From NCBI GenBank assembly GCA_963707635.1, contig OY970173.1:2208001-2272000 (forward strand): a stretch of 64,000 nt of DNA. Direction: 5' to 3'. Positions 19,726-29,652 of the stretch are shown one piece after another. Source of the DNA: Candidatus Latescibacterota bacterium. Its GTDB lineage: Bacteria; Krumholzibacteriota; Krumholzibacteriia; WVZY01; JAKEHA01. A model generated the notes under the pieces. That model was given only the letters and a program-made list of their open reading frames with translations. It was not told where the DNA came from and made no database searches. Position 1 is the stretch's first letter; every line of letters begins with the position of its first letter. A program made the position numbers and the translations under genes.

Positions 19726-20727
19726 CTAGATCGAGTGCTTGAACAGCACGGATCCCCACGTGAATCCGCCGCCGAACCCGGCAAACACCACCCGGTCGCC
19801 GCGCCGGAGGCGTCCCGCGCGGACCACCTCGTCGTACGCGGTCGGGACGGTCGCCGACGACGTGTTGCCGAACCGATCGAGGTTGACGACGACCTTGTCG
19901 GCCGGGATCTCGAGGCGCTCGACCACCGCGTCGATGATGCGAACGTTGGCCTGGTGCGGTATGAACAGCGCTATGTCGTCGACGGTGCACCCCGCCCCGT
20001 CCATGGCGGCACGCGCCGCGTCGGCCATGGCGCGCACGGCCCACTTGAAAACGCCGTCGCCCTTCATCTTGATGAACTGGGAGTGTTCCATGGCGGTGGC
20101 GGAGTCGAACGGATGCCGGGACCCGCCGGTCGGAATGCACAGGAGGTCGGCCAGCGACCCGTCGCTCCCCATGTGGGTGGCGATGATGCCGTCGCCCACC
20201 GGGCACGCTTCCATCACCGCCGCACCGGCCCCGTCGCCGAAGAGCACGCACGTCGCCCGGTCGCTCCAGTCGACAAACTTGCTCAGCACCTCCGAGCCCA
20301 CGACCAGCACGCGATTCATCTGCCCGGATGCGATCATGCCGTGGGCGAGAATAACGCCGTAGATGAAGCCGCTGCACGCGGCGCTGATGTCGAACGCGGC
20401 CGCGTTCGTCGCCCCCAGCCGATCCTGCAGGATCGTCGCGGTCGCCGGAAACGGCATGTCGCCGGTGACGGTACCGAGAATGATCCCGTCCAGTTGCTTC
20501 GGGTCGGTGCCGGCCATATCCAGCGCGGCCCGCGCCGCCACCAGCGCCAGGTCGGAACACGCCTGGTCGGCGCTGGCGATACGCCGTTCCTTGATTCCGG
20601 TCCGGGTCGTGATCCACTCGTCCGACGTTTCCACCATCTGCTCGAGGTCGTGGTTGGTCATCACGCGCTCGGGGAAGTAGCGACCGGTGCCGATGATGCG
20701 TGAAGATCTAAGTGACGCTGGCAACAT
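19726..20727 (-). CDS. fabH: Beta-ketoacyl-ACP synthase III
   Basis: WITTRTGIKERR, AACSGF, LFGDGAGA, PHQAN, GNTSSA, FGGGFTWG. Confidence 0.96.
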   Translation of the reverse strand: MLPASLRSSRIIGTGRYFPERVMTNHDLEQMVETSDEWITTRTGIKERRIASADQACSDLALVAARAALDMAGTDPKQLDGIILGTVTGDMPFPATATILQDRLGATNAAAFDISAACSGFIYGVILAHGMIASGQMNRVLVVGSEVLSKFVDWSDRATCVLFGDGAGAAVMEACPVGDGIIATHMGSDGSLADLLCIPTGGSRHPFDSATAMEHSQFIKMKGDGVFKWAVRAMADAARAAMDGAGCTVDDIALFIPHQANVRIIDAVVERLEIPADKVVVNLDRFGNTSSATVPTAYDEVVRAGRLRRGDRVVFAGFGGGFTWGSVLFKHSI

Positions 20728-21724
20728 GCTCCACTCCGGCGGCGAATCGCTCCTCGATGTGACGGTTGACGTCGGCATTGACGGACCGGGCCGCCGCCAG
20801 AATGGCGTTCGTGATCGCCCGCTGCGAGCTCTTCCCGTGCGAGATGATGACGACGCCGTTGGCGCCCAGCAGCGGGGCGCCCCCGTATTCCGCGTAGTCC
20901 AGCTGCGAACGAATCGACGCGAACGCGCGCATCATCAAGAGCGCGCCCGCTTTCGCCAGCACCCCGCGACGGATCTCGTCGCGGACGAGATGGGATAGAA
21001 AGGAATAGATGCTCTCGGAGAACTTGAGGATGACGTTGCCGACGAAACCGTCGCACACCACCACATCCGCCGCCCCGTCGAACACGTCGCGCCCTTCGAC
21101 GTTGCCCACGAACTGCACGCGCCGATCCGCCTCCAGCAGGGCGTAGGCGTCTCGCACCAGCTCGTTGCCCTTGCTCCTCTCTTCCCCGATGTTGAGCAGC
21201 CCGACGCGCGGGCGCGCGATGCCGAGGTGATGTTCGGCGTACACCGAGCCCATGATGGCGAACTGGACCAGGTTTTTCGGGGTGCACTCGTGGTTGGCGC
21301 CCACGTCCAGCACCACCGCGCCCCGGCGCTTGTTCGGCCACAGCGTGGAGATCGCCGGGCGCGATACTCCGCGGAGCCTCCCGACTGTGATCAACGCGCT
21401 GGCCACCACCGCGCCGGTGTTGCCCGCGCTCACCATCGCCTGCGCCTTCCCCTCCCGCACCAGGCGCAGCGCCACCGTGATGGACGCGTCCTTCTTGCGC
21501 CGAATCGCCTGCGCGGGGGATTCGTGCATGTCGATCGTCTCGGAGGCGTGGACGATCTCGACCAGCGCCGGGTCGACGCCGCGGACCAGCGGGCGCAGCT
21601 CCTCTTCCCGGCCCACCAGGATCAGCTGGATGCCGCTCGCGCGCGTGCGCGCCGCCTCGATCGCACCGGGCACGACGACCGCGGGGCCCCTGTCGCCACC
21701 CATCGCGTCAACGGCGATCCGCAC
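20708..21724 (-). CDS. plsX: Phosphate acyltransferase PlsX
   Basis: IAVDAMGGD, SAGNTGA, LDVGAN, LLNIGEE..KG, DGFVGN, YGGAPLLG. Confidence 0.96.
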   Translation of the reverse strand: MRIAVDAMGGDRGPAVVVPGAIEAARTRASGIQLILVGREEELRPLVRGVDPALVEIVHASETIDMHESPAQAIRRKKDASITVALRLVREGKAQAMVSAGNTGAVVASALITVGRLRGVSRPAISTLWPNKRRGAVVLDVGANHECTPKNLVQFAIMGSVYAEHHLGIARPRVGLLNIGEERSKGNELVRDAYALLEADRRVQFVGNVEGRDVFDGAADVVVCDGFVGNVILKFSESIYSFLSHLVRDEIRRGVLAKAGALLMMRAFASIRSQLDYAEYGGAPLLGANGVVIISHGKSSQRAITNAILAAARSVNADVNRHIEERFAAGVEHVASVT

Positions 21725-21734
21725 CCATCACCTC

Positions 21735-21920
21735 TTAGAGTTCTTCTTCGATGCGGACGACTTCGCGCCCCGCGTAGAACCCGCAGTTCGGACAAACGCT
21801 GTGCGGGGTCTTCGGCTGACCGCAGTGCGAGCACTTGGTGAGCCCCGGAGCCTCGGCCTTCCAGTTGGTGCGACGCTTGCGCTTGCGCGTCTTCGAATGT
21901 CTTCGTTTTGGCAGTCCCAT
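21735..21920 (-). CDS. rpmF: 50S ribosomal protein L32 (Zn-ribbon form)
   Basis: [41 protein letters not shown]. Confidence 0.96.
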   Translation of the reverse strand: MGLPKRRHSKTRKRKRRTNWKAEAPGLTKCSHCGQPKTPHSVCPNCGFYAGREVVRIEEEL

Positions 21921-21936
21921 GACCTCTCCTTGACAC

Positions 21937-21977
21937 AAAAAAAACAGCCCGCGCGAGGGGCGTCCCCCGCGCGGTGT
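21937..21977 (-). terminator. Terminator-like hairpin with U8 tract between yceD and rpmF
   Basis: CCGCGCGGGGG-ACG-CCCCTCGCGCGG stem, then GCTG and 8 T on the minus strand. Confidence 0.55.
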
Positions 21978-21984
21978 CCATCCG

Positions 21985-22479
21985 CTACTTCAACTTCTTC
22001 AGTGCGTCCCAGCGCTCGTCCGCCGGCGACTCGCACGTACACGCGTCGGTATTGCGGTTGGCCCCGCACACGGGGCACAGGCCGCGGCACTCCTCGCTGC
22101 ACACGATGATCATCGGCGTGTTCACGACGATGGCCTCGTGGACGAACGGGTCGAACTCCACCTCGTACTGCTGGGCCGCGAGGAATACCACGTCGTCCCC
22201 GCCGTCCCCCGGCTCACCGCGCCGCACCATCAGGTCGAACTCCCCGCGCACCGTGTGGCGCACCGGAACCAGGCAGCGTTGACACGCGGTTACGATCGCC
22301 CCCTCGACGGCGGCGTGGAAGAGGAACCCGCCCCCCGATTGACGATAGTCAATCCCGACCGTCCACGGAACGTGTATCGGTCCGGCGACTGGATCATCCA
22401 CCGTGGTGACACCCGCTCCGGCCAGATGGCCGTCCGCTGCAGCGAGCTCACGGATGTCGACGATCACGCCCGTCCCCAC
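21985..22479 (-). CDS. yceD: YceD/DUF177 family protein
   Basis: [32 protein letters not shown]; directly upstream of rpmF. Confidence 0.92.
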   Translation of the reverse strand: MGTGVIVDIRELAAADGHLAGAGVTTVDDPVAGPIHVPWTVGIDYRQSGGGFLFHAAVEGAIVTACQRCLVPVRHTVRGEFDLMVRRGEPGDGGDDVVFLAAQQYEVEFDPFVHEAIVVNTPMIIVCSEECRGLCPVCGANRNTDACTCESPADERWDALKKLK

Positions 22480-22529
22480 CCTTCGTAACCCGCTCGGCGA
22501 CCTGCACTTTCGTCCGGGTCGCGTCGACT

Positions 22530-22931
22530 CTAGGCCCCACCGAATGCAATTTCAAGCTCTTTCTCGGCCGACGCGGGCGAGTCGGAACCGTGTACCGCAT
22601 TGTTTTGCAATGACTTGCCATACATGTGCCGGATCGTGCCGGGTCGCGCGTCGGCGGGATTCGTGGCCCCGATCAACTCCCGCACCCGCGCCACCGCGTC
22701 GTCCGCCTCGACCTCGAGGGCGACGACCGGACCGGAGGTAATGTACGACACCAGTTCCCCGAAGAACGGTCGCGCGCGGTGTACGTCGTAGAACCGCTCG
22801 GCGGTCTGTTTCGAGAAGCGCGCCGTGGCGAGGCGCGTGATGCGAAAGCGGCTCCTCTCGACCATCGAGACGATCTCGCCCACGCGACCGTCGGCGACCG
22901 CGTCGGGCTTTATCATGAGCAACGTCTTCAC
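22530..22931 (-). CDS. ndk: Nucleoside-diphosphate kinase
   Basis: [29 protein letters not shown]. Confidence 0.97.
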   Translation of the reverse strand: MKTLLMIKPDAVADGRVGEIVSMVERSRFRITRLATARFSKQTAERFYDVHRARPFFGELVSYITSGPVVALEVEADDAVARVRELIGATNPADARPGTIRHMYGKSLQNNAVHGSDSPASAEKELEIAFGGA

Positions 22932-22950
22932 CGCAGACTCCTTTCTCCGC

Positions 22951-23841
22951 TCACGCCCGCCGCAGCGCGGGTGCCGCGGCGGCTACGAGCGAAACTATTT
23001 CCGAAGGCACCTTCGCCACCCGCACACCCGCCGCGGAGAGCGCGGCGATCTTCTCGGCGGCGGTGCCGCTTCCCCCGGTGACGATCGCGCCGGCGTGGCC
23101 CATGCGCTTGCCCGTGGGTGCGGTCTGCCCGGCGATGAACGAAACCACCGGTTTGGACATCTTCTCGCGGATGAATGCGGCGGCTTCTTCCTCGTCGCTC
23201 CCGCCGATTTCGCCGATCATTACCACCGCTTCGGTCTCCGCATCCCCCTCGAACATGCGCAGCACGTCGATGAAGTTGGTGCCGATCACCGGGTCGCCGC
23301 CGATCCCAATGCACGTCGACTGACCGATTCCGGCCCGCGTGAGCTGGAAAACAACCTCGTAGGTCAGCGTGCCGCTGCGCGACACGACGCCCACCGAACC
23401 CGGCAGCACGATCGACGCGGGGAGAATGCCGACCTTGACGCGTGAGCGGGGCGCGATGAGCCCCGGGCAGTTGGGGCCGAGGAGACGCGCGCCGCGCTCC
23501 TTCACGAAGGCCGCCGCGCGCAGCATGTCGCGCACGGCAACCCCCTCGGTGATGCACACGATCACGCGCACGCCCGCGTCGGCCGCCTCGCAGATCGCGT
23601 CGGCGGCGAAGGGGGCCCGCACGTAGATCACGGAGGTGTTGGCGCCGGTCGCGTCGACGGCGCCGTGAACCGATTCGAAAATCGGGACGTCGCCTTCGAA
23701 GCTCGTGCCTCCCTTGCCCGGCGTCACCCCCGCGACGAGATTCGTCCCGTAGGCGCGCATCTGGCTCGCGTGAAACGATCCGTCGCGGCCGGTGATCCCC
23801 TGCACCACCAGGCGCGTGCTCTTGTCGATCATGACGCTCAC
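22951..23841 (-). CDS. sucD: Succinyl-CoA synthetase alpha subunit
   Basis: [40 protein letters not shown] start at 23841. Confidence 0.96.
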   Translation of the reverse strand: MSVMIDKSTRLVVQGITGRDGSFHASQMRAYGTNLVAGVTPGKGGTSFEGDVPIFESVHGAVDATGANTSVIYVRAPFAADAICEAADAGVRVIVCITEGVAVRDMLRAAAFVKERGARLLGPNCPGLIAPRSRVKVGILPASIVLPGSVGVVSRSGTLTYEVVFQLTRAGIGQSTCIGIGGDPVIGTNFIDVLRMFEGDAETEAVVMIGEIGGSDEEEAAAFIREKMSKPVVSFIAGQTAPTGKRMGHAGAIVTGGSGTAAEKIAALSAAGVRVAKVPSEIVSLVAAAAPALRRA

Positions 23842-23864
23842 AGTTTTTTCCTCCGCCTTTTCGG

Positions 23865-24998
23865 CTAACCCGCCAGCTCGATGGCCTTCTTCACCGCTTC
23901 GTCCATGGTCTCGGCGGCGTGGAGGCTCGGGATCTGCCGCAGGATTTCCCGGGCCTCGACTTCGTTGGTGCCGGTCAGACGCACCACCACCGGCTGCTTC
24001 AACTTCATCTGGGCGAACGCGGTGACCAGACCGCGGGCCACGTCGTCGCAGCGGGTGATGCCGCCGAAGATGTTGAACAGAATCGAACGAACGCTCGGGT
24101 CCTCCAGAATGATGGAGAGCGCGCTGACCACCTTTTCCGGGCGTGAACTCCCGCCGATGTCGAGGAAGTTGGCCGGCTGCCCGCCGTAGGTCTTCACCAG
24201 GTCCATGGTGGCCATCGCCAGCCCGGCCCCGTTGACCACGCACCCGACGTTGCCGGAGAGCCGCACGAACGACAGCCCCTCCGCGCGCGCGCGCACCTCA
24301 CCCGCGTCTTCCGCCCCCACGTCGCGCATCGCCTCGATCTCGGGGTGGCGGTAGAGCGCGTTGTCGTCGAAGTTGAGCTTGGCGTCGACCGCGACCACGC
24401 GCCGGTCGGCCGTCACCACCAGCGGGTTGATCTCGGCCAGGCTCGCGTCGAGGTCGTCGTAGAGGCGGTAGAGCTTCTCGATGATGTCGGCCGTGGGGCG
24501 CGCGAGCTCCGCGTCGCCCATCAGTGACATCGCAAGCCGCCGCAGCTGGAACGGGTGCGCGCCGTAGCGCGGGTCCACCCACACCCGCTGGATCGCGCCC
24601 GGGTTGTCGCGAGCGGTCACTTCGATCTCGACCCCGCCCTCGGCCGACGCCATGATCAGCGGCTGGTGCGCGCGGCGATCGAGGATCACGCCGACATAGA
24701 TCTCGCGCGCGATGTCGACCGCCTCGGTGACCAGCACCCGCCGCACCTTCTCGCCCTTGATGTCGAGCCCGAGAATCTGCGCGGCCTTCTCGCGGGCCTC
24801 CTTCGGAGTCTGCGCGATCTTGACGCCACCCGCCTTCCCGCGCCCGCCCACGAGCACCTGCGCCTTGACCACCACCGGCTTGCCGATCTTCGCTGCCTCC
24901 GCCTCCGCGCGTTCGGGCGTGTCGACGACGATTCCCGGTGGCACCGGAATCCCGGCGCGGGCGAACAACTCCTTGGCCTGATACTCGTGGATCTTCAT
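23865..24998 (-). CDS. sucC: Succinyl-CoA synthetase beta subunit
   Basis: [46 protein letters not shown]. Confidence 0.96.
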   Translation of the reverse strand: MKIHEYQAKELFARAGIPVPPGIVVDTPERAEAEAAKIGKPVVVKAQVLVGGRGKAGGVKIAQTPKEAREKAAQILGLDIKGEKVRRVLVTEAVDIAREIYVGVILDRRAHQPLIMASAEGGVEIEVTARDNPGAIQRVWVDPRYGAHPFQLRRLAMSLMGDAELARPTADIIEKLYRLYDDLDASLAEINPLVVTADRRVVAVDAKLNFDDNALYRHPEIEAMRDVGAEDAGEVRARAEGLSFVRLSGNVGCVVNGAGLAMATMDLVKTYGGQPANFLDIGGSSRPEKVVSALSIILEDPSVRSILFNIFGGITRCDDVARGLVTAFAQMKLKQPVVVRLTGTNEVEAREILRQIPSLHAAETMDEAVKKAIELAG

Positions 24999-25033
24999 GC
25001 CTTCTCCTTGGTACGTGCGCCGCTCGTCGTCTG

Positions 25034-26374
25034 TCAGGCAGCCGCACGCGGGTGTTTGCCCACGAACTCCTGCACCACGTCGGACAGAGTGGGGTGGCCG
25101 ATTTCCTCCAGCGCGTAGGTCACGCGCAGGCACGGCTTGTCGATGCGGACCAGGCGGGTCAGGTCGATGGGCGTGCCCACCAGCACCACGTCGCAGGGCA
25201 CGGCCGCGATCGTGCGCTCCAAATCCTCGATTTGCGCATCTCCGTACCCCATCGCGGGGAGCAGCGGACCGATGGCCGGGTAGGCGCGAAACGTGTCGGC
25301 GAGCTCGCCCACCGCGTACGGGCGGGGGTCGACCACCGTCGCGGCGCCGTGCTGCCTGGCGGCCACCATCGCGGCGCCGTAACGCATTTCGCCGTGGGTG
25401 ACGGTCGGTCCGTCCTCGACGCAGAGAACCCGACGCCCGGCGATCAACCCGGCGTCACCCTGCACCGTGACCAGCGACCGGGCGCGCACCACTGTCGCGC
25501 GCGGGTTTCGCGACGCGACGTTGCGCAGCACCTCTTCCACACCCGCCGGCGACGCCGAGTCCATCTTGTTCACGACCACCACGTCGGCGCGGTAGAGGTT
25601 CGTCTCCCCCGGGTAATAGCGGATCTCGTGGCCCGGACGGTGCGGGTCCACCACCACGATCCACACCGACGGACGATAGAACGGCAGGTCGTTGTTGCCT
25701 CCGTCCCAGAGGATCACGTCGGCTTCCTTCTCCGCTTCCTTGAGAATCAACGCGTAGTCGACTCCGGCGAACACGACGCTCCCCGCCGCGATGTGGTGCT
25801 CGTACTCCTCCCGCTCTTCGATGGTGCAGTGGGCCCGGGCGAGGTCGTCGTAGGATCCCAGCCGCTGCACCGCCTGCGCCGCCAGGTCTCCGTACGGCAT
25901 GGGGTGGCGCACGACCACCACGCGGTAGCCCTGTGCGCGCAGCAGCTCGGCCATGCGGCGCGTGGTCTGGCTCTTCCCGCTCCCGGTGCGAACCGCACAC
26001 ACCGCGATCACCGGCCGGACGCTCGCCAGCATGGTGCGGTTGGCGCCGAGGAGGACGAAATCGGCGCCAAGCGCGTTGACCAGCGCGGCCCGCTGCATGA
26101 CGTGCTCATACGATGCGTCGCTGTACGAGAATATCGCGGCGTCGACGCGTTCGCGCTCGAACAGCGCCGGAATCTCGGACGCGGGCACGATCGGGATCCC
26201 GGCCGGGTAGGCCTCCCCGGCCAGACCCGGCGGGTACGTCCGCCCCTCGATGTGCGGGATCTGCGTCGCCGTGAACGCGACCACCTCCACCTTCGGGTTG
26301 TGCCGGTAGAGAACATTGAAATTGTGAAAGTCGCGCCCCGCCGCACCCATGATGACGATTCGTTCCCGTGACAT
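25034..26374 (-). CDS. Cyclic 2,3-diphosphoglycerate synthetase-like P-loop protein
   Basis: IMGAAGRDFHNFN, AVRTGSGKSQT, RHPMPYGDL, TIEEREEYE, WDGGNND, EDGPTVTHG. Confidence 0.8.
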   Translation of the reverse strand: MSRERIVIMGAAGRDFHNFNVLYRHNPKVEVVAFTATQIPHIEGRTYPPGLAGEAYPAGIPIVPASEIPALFERERVDAAIFSYSDASYEHVMQRAALVNALGADFVLLGANRTMLASVRPVIAVCAVRTGSGKSQTTRRMAELLRAQGYRVVVVRHPMPYGDLAAQAVQRLGSYDDLARAHCTIEEREEYEHHIAAGSVVFAGVDYALILKEAEKEADVILWDGGNNDLPFYRPSVWIVVVDPHRPGHEIRYYPGETNLYRADVVVVNKMDSASPAGVEEVLRNVASRNPRATVVRARSLVTVQGDAGLIAGRRVLCVEDGPTVTHGEMRYGAAMVAARQHGAATVVDPRPYAVGELADTFRAYPAIGPLLPAMGYGDAQIEDLERTIAAVPCDVVLVGTPIDLTRLVRIDKPCLRVTYALEEIGHPTLSDVVQEFVGKHPRAAA

Positions 26375-26393
26375 GATTACCGCCCGCCGCCGC

Positions 26394-26894
26394 TCACGAG
26401 CGGCCCGGCCTTTCCGTCATTCGTCTGACGATGTCCGACGTCGAGTATCCCGGACGCATCGGGAGGCGAACCACGCGGCCGCCCGCCGCCAACACGACGT
26501 CTTCTCCCACGATCGCGCCGGGTCCGTATTCAGCGCCTTTGACCAGCACGTCCGGCTGCACGCGGCGGATCGGTTCGATGGGCGTGTCGCCCTCGAACAC
26601 CGTGACCGCGTCTACCCACCGCAGCGCGAGCAGGAGCTCCGCGCGTTCGGCGGCCGGATAGATCGGCCGGCCGCGCCCCTTGAGCCTCGCAACCGATGCA
26701 TCGTCGTTGATGGCGACCATCAACACGTCGCCCAGGGCGGCCGCGTCTTCGAGCAGCGCAAGGTGCCCGGGGTGCAGCAGGTCGAAACACCCGTTGGTAA
26801 ACACAATCCGACGTCCCCCGCGGCGCCACTCGTCCGCGACGCGCTCCAGCCCGTCGGCCGAAACCACGCTGTGCCCGGTCCCGCCCATTGTCAT
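26394..26894 (-). CDS. rfaE2: D-glycero-beta-D-manno-heptose 1-phosphate adenylyltransferase (RfaE domain II)
   Basis: FTNGCFDLLHPGH, LKGRGRP, PDVLVKG, STSDIV. ATGA overlap with rfaE1. Confidence 0.92.
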   Translation of the reverse strand: MTMGGTGHSVVSADGLERVADEWRRGGRRIVFTNGCFDLLHPGHLALLEDAAALGDVLMVAINDDASVARLKGRGRPIYPAAERAELLLALRWVDAVTVFEGDTPIEPIRRVQPDVLVKGAEYGPGAIVGEDVVLAAGGRVVRLPMRPGYSTSDIVRRMTERPGRS

Positions 26895-27919
26895 TCGAAG
26901 GCCGCGACCAGGTCCGCGGCGGACAGCGTCGACGTGCCCACTTCCTTGATGACTTCGCCCGCCGCCTGATTGGCCATCACGACGCCGTCGACGATGTCCA
27001 CTCCCGTCGCGAGCGCCGCCGCGAGCACGCTGATCACGGTGTCGCCGGCGCCGGTGACGTCGTACACCTCCTTGGCCACGGTGGGAATGTGGACCTCACG
27101 GTCCCCCCCCGTCGCACCCCGGGCGTCGCCCCGGCAATACAGACTCATGCCGTCCTCGCCGCGCGTCACCAACAGTGCACCCAGTTCCATCCGACGCACG
27201 ACGTCGAACGCGAGCGCGGACGGATCGTTTCCCTTGCGGTAGTCGATCCCGGCGGACTGTTGCGCTTCGCGCGCGTTCGGCGTGATCACGGTCACACCCC
27301 GGTACCAGGGAAAATGCGGGATGTGCGGGTCGACGAGGACGGGCTTCCCCAGACCCCGCCATCGGGCCACCAGCTCGCGAAACTCCGCTTCCACCACCAC
27401 CCCCTTGCCGTAGTCGGACACGACCAGGCCCTGACAGCTCTCGGCGAGCGCACTGGCGCGGTCGTAGAGCGCCCGCCGCGTGGCCGCGTCGAGCGCGTCG
27501 TCGCTCTCGAAATCCGCCCGCACGACCTGCTGGTTGCGGGCGATGATGCGCACCTTCTTGGTGGTGGCGCGCCCGCGACATTCCGCCAGGCCGGCGGTCT
27601 CGATTCCCCGTTTCTCGAGCATGCGCGCGACTTCGCGCCCGTCGCGATCGGCGCCCCGCACCGCCACCACCTCCGCACCCACTCCCAGCGCGCGCAGGTT
27701 GGCGGCCACGTTAGCGGCGCCGCCGAGCCGCCGGCTACGACGCGTGACGCGCACCACCGGCACCGGCGCCTCGGGCGAAATGCGCTCGACGTCACCCCAG
27801 AAGTATCGATCCAGCATCACGTCGCCCAGTACCGCGACGCGCGCGGCCGCGAATCGATCCACGTATCTGCGGACCTGCTCGGCGGGCAGACGCGGACGCG
27901 TGTGAGGCGTGTGACTCAA
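26891..27919 (-). CDS. rfaE1: D-glycero-beta-D-manno-heptose-7-phosphate kinase (RfaE domain I)
   Basis: GDVMLDRY..RISPEAPVPV, GGAANVA, SDYGKG, TPN, DVTGAGDTV. TTG start after a GAGGAG RBS. Confidence 0.93.
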   Translation of the reverse strand: MSHTPHTRPRLPAEQVRRYVDRFAAARVAVLGDVMLDRYFWGDVERISPEAPVPVVRVTRRSRRLGGAANVAANLRALGVGAEVVAVRGADRDGREVARMLEKRGIETAGLAECRGRATTKKVRIIARNQQVVRADFESDDALDAATRRALYDRASALAESCQGLVVSDYGKGVVVEAEFRELVARWRGLGKPVLVDPHIPHFPWYRGVTVITPNAREAQQSAGIDYRKGNDPSALAFDVVRRMELGALLVTRGEDGMSLYCRGDARGATGGDREVHIPTVAKEVYDVTGAGDTVISVLAAALATGVDIVDGVVMANQAAGEVIKEVGTSTLSAADLVAAFE

Positions 27920-28005
27920 GGTGCTCCTCAAAAAAATGGCCCTGACCACGAAGGACCGGGCGGGAAGGTTCCTGACGGGCGGCGTACCGCGTGGAAACGC
28001 GGCTG

Positions 28006-28034
28006 AACGTAGCACGGGGTGGGTCCCCTGTCAA
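28006..28034 (-). promoter_or_regulatory. Putative sigma70 promoter of the rfaE1-rfaE2-cDPGS-sucCD-ndk run
   Basis: TTGACA-N17-TACGTT with extended -10 TG. Confidence 0.65.
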
Positions 28035-28039
28035 GGTGC

Positions 28040-28072
28040 CCGGCGCCGGGTGGAACTCACCACCGGCGTCGG
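28040..28072 (-). terminator. GC-rich hairpin downstream of paralog 1
   Basis: CCGACGCCGGTGG-loop-CCACCCGGCGCCGG; conserved copy at 28899-28932; no clear U tract. Confidence 0.5.
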
Positions 28073-28141
28073 ACGAGGTCGTCGAGGCGCCCCGCGGAGG
28101 GGGGACGCCGATGTGTCACATCCTGTGCAACCGGACGCGGG

Positions 28142-28699
28142 CTACTTGTACAACGCCTTGATCGCGCCCCAGGTGCTCGTCTCCGTGGACACGATCCCTT
28201 CCACGACGAACTCGAGCGAGTAGGACTGAATGATGGCGTTCGTCTGCTGGATGACGAAACAGTAGTCGCCTGGATCGAGCTGAGGCATGTCCAACGCGTA
28301 TGTCGTCACCGATCGATCTACAAAGCGAGGCAGGATATCGCTGCCGAGATCCCCAAACTCGACGTGAATGCCGGCCAGAAAGAAAGCGTTCGTGGACCCG
28401 CTCGGGATATAGCTCGTCGTTCCCGCGTTGAACGCGGCGAAACTGAGGTTGTCCGGCGAATACACGAGCAGGTTCAACCCGCTGAGCACCTGATTCGCGC
28501 CGATGGTGAACCGCAGGTAGTCCCGGTCCCCGGACGTGGTCGTCCCGATGACCGTGTTCCCGCCCAGCGCAAATGCCAGCAGCGTCGGCGCTGCGTTATT
28601 GCTCGAGAGGTCCCCGTTGACCGACTCGTCGTGAACGACGGCAGCACGTGCGGGCGCCGCAAGAGCCGCCAACAGGGCAACAATCGCAAAGGTCTTCAT
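28142..28699 (-). CDS. Secreted protein with C-terminal STWGAIKALYK tail (paralog 1)
   Basis: Sec signal peptide (ARA|A), DES.NGDLS beta-rich domain, 185 aa, AAGGAG RBS. Confidence 0.88.
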   Translation of the reverse strand: MKTFAIVALLAALAAPARAAVVHDESVNGDLSSNNAAPTLLAFALGGNTVIGTTTSGDRDYLRFTIGANQVLSGLNLLVYSPDNLSFAAFNAGTTSYIPSGSTNAFFLAGIHVEFGDLGSDILPRFVDRSVTTYALDMPQLDPGDYCFVIQQTNAIIQSYSLEFVVEGIVSTETSTWGAIKALYK

Positions 28700-28813
28700 C
28701 GTAACGCTCCTTGGTGTGTGGACGGGGGCTAATCGCACGAGAGAAGGTGCACTCCACAATCCCGGTCCGCTGTCCGGGCCATGCCCCGAGCTCGGCCTCG
28801 GGCTGACCGCGAC

Positions 28814-28847
28814 ATCATAGCAGGTTTCTGGTCACTTTTGGAAGTGA
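28814..28847 (-). promoter_or_regulatory. Promoter and palindromic operator of paralog 1
   Basis: TTCCAA-N18-TATGAT with TG extension; inverted repeat TCACTT-N4-AAGTGA at 28832-28847 over the -35. Confidence 0.55.
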
Positions 28848-28898
28848 ACCCTTGTGAATGTGCGGTGCGGGTCGACGAGGACGGGTCTGTCCAGGCGC

Positions 28899-28932
28899 CC
28901 GGCGCCGAGTGGACGTCACCACCCGGCGTCGG
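28899..28932 (-). terminator. GC-rich hairpin downstream of paralog 2
   Basis: CCGACGCCGGGTGG-loop-CCACTCGGCGCCGG, homologous to 28040-28072. Confidence 0.5.
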
Positions 28933-28995
28933 CGAAATCATCGAGGCCCCGGTGGCGGGACACCCACTCGTCGTCCCGTGGGCGCCGGGGGCGCG

Positions 28996-29553
28996 TTACT
29001 TGTACAGCGCCTTGACGGCACCCCAGGTAGAGTTCTCCGTGGGCAGGGTTCCCTCCACGATGAATTCGAGGGAATAGTACTGAATGATGGCGTTCAGTTG
29101 CTGGATGATGAAACAGTAATCACCGGGGCCGAGCTTCGGTTCAGTCAACGCATACGTCGTCACCGACCGGTCCACGAAGCGCGGCAGGATATCGGTTCCT
29201 GCATCCGCACCCTCGACGTGGATACCGGCCAGGAAGAAAGCGTTCGTGGAACCGCTCGGGACGTAGCCCGTCGTGCCCGCGTTGAACGCGGCGAACCCGA
29301 GGTTGTTCGGCGAATATACCGGCAGGTTCAACCCGCTGAGCACCTGGCCCGGGGCGATCGTGAACCGGAGGAAGTCCCGGTCCCCGGACGTGGTCGTCCC
29401 GATGACGGTGTTCCCGCCCAGGGCAAACGCCAGCAGGGTCGGGGTCGCGGCAGTGCTCGAGAGGTCCCCGTTGATCGATTCGTCGTGGATCACGGCAGCG
29501 CTCGCGGGCGCCGCGAAAGCAGCCAGCAAGACAACAAGCGCACAGATTTTCAT
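28996..29553 (-). CDS. Secreted protein with C-terminal STWGAVKALYK tail (paralog 2)
   Basis: 185 aa, ungapped alignment to paralog 1 (about 80% identity by hand count), signal peptide ASA|A. Confidence 0.88.
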   Translation of the reverse strand: MKICALVVLLAAFAAPASAAVIHDESINGDLSSTAATPTLLAFALGGNTVIGTTTSGDRDFLRFTIAPGQVLSGLNLPVYSPNNLGFAAFNAGTTGYVPSGSTNAFFLAGIHVEGADAGTDILPRFVDRSVTTYALTEPKLGPGDYCFIIQQLNAIIQYYSLEFIVEGTLPTENSTWGAVKALYK

Positions 29554-29652
29554 GGCAACGCTCCTTGATGCGTAAGCGAGTTGTGGGGGGTCGGCCGGCG
29601 TGGGAGGAATCCGCGCCACGCGCCCCGCATGCGGCCCTGAGTTCGCCAGACA

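Noticed and set aside
28142..29553. Diversity-generating retroelement (TR/VR pair)
   Set aside because: Both copies are full genes with their own promoters, differences are spread throughout and do not appear confined to adenines, and no reverse transcriptase is in the window.
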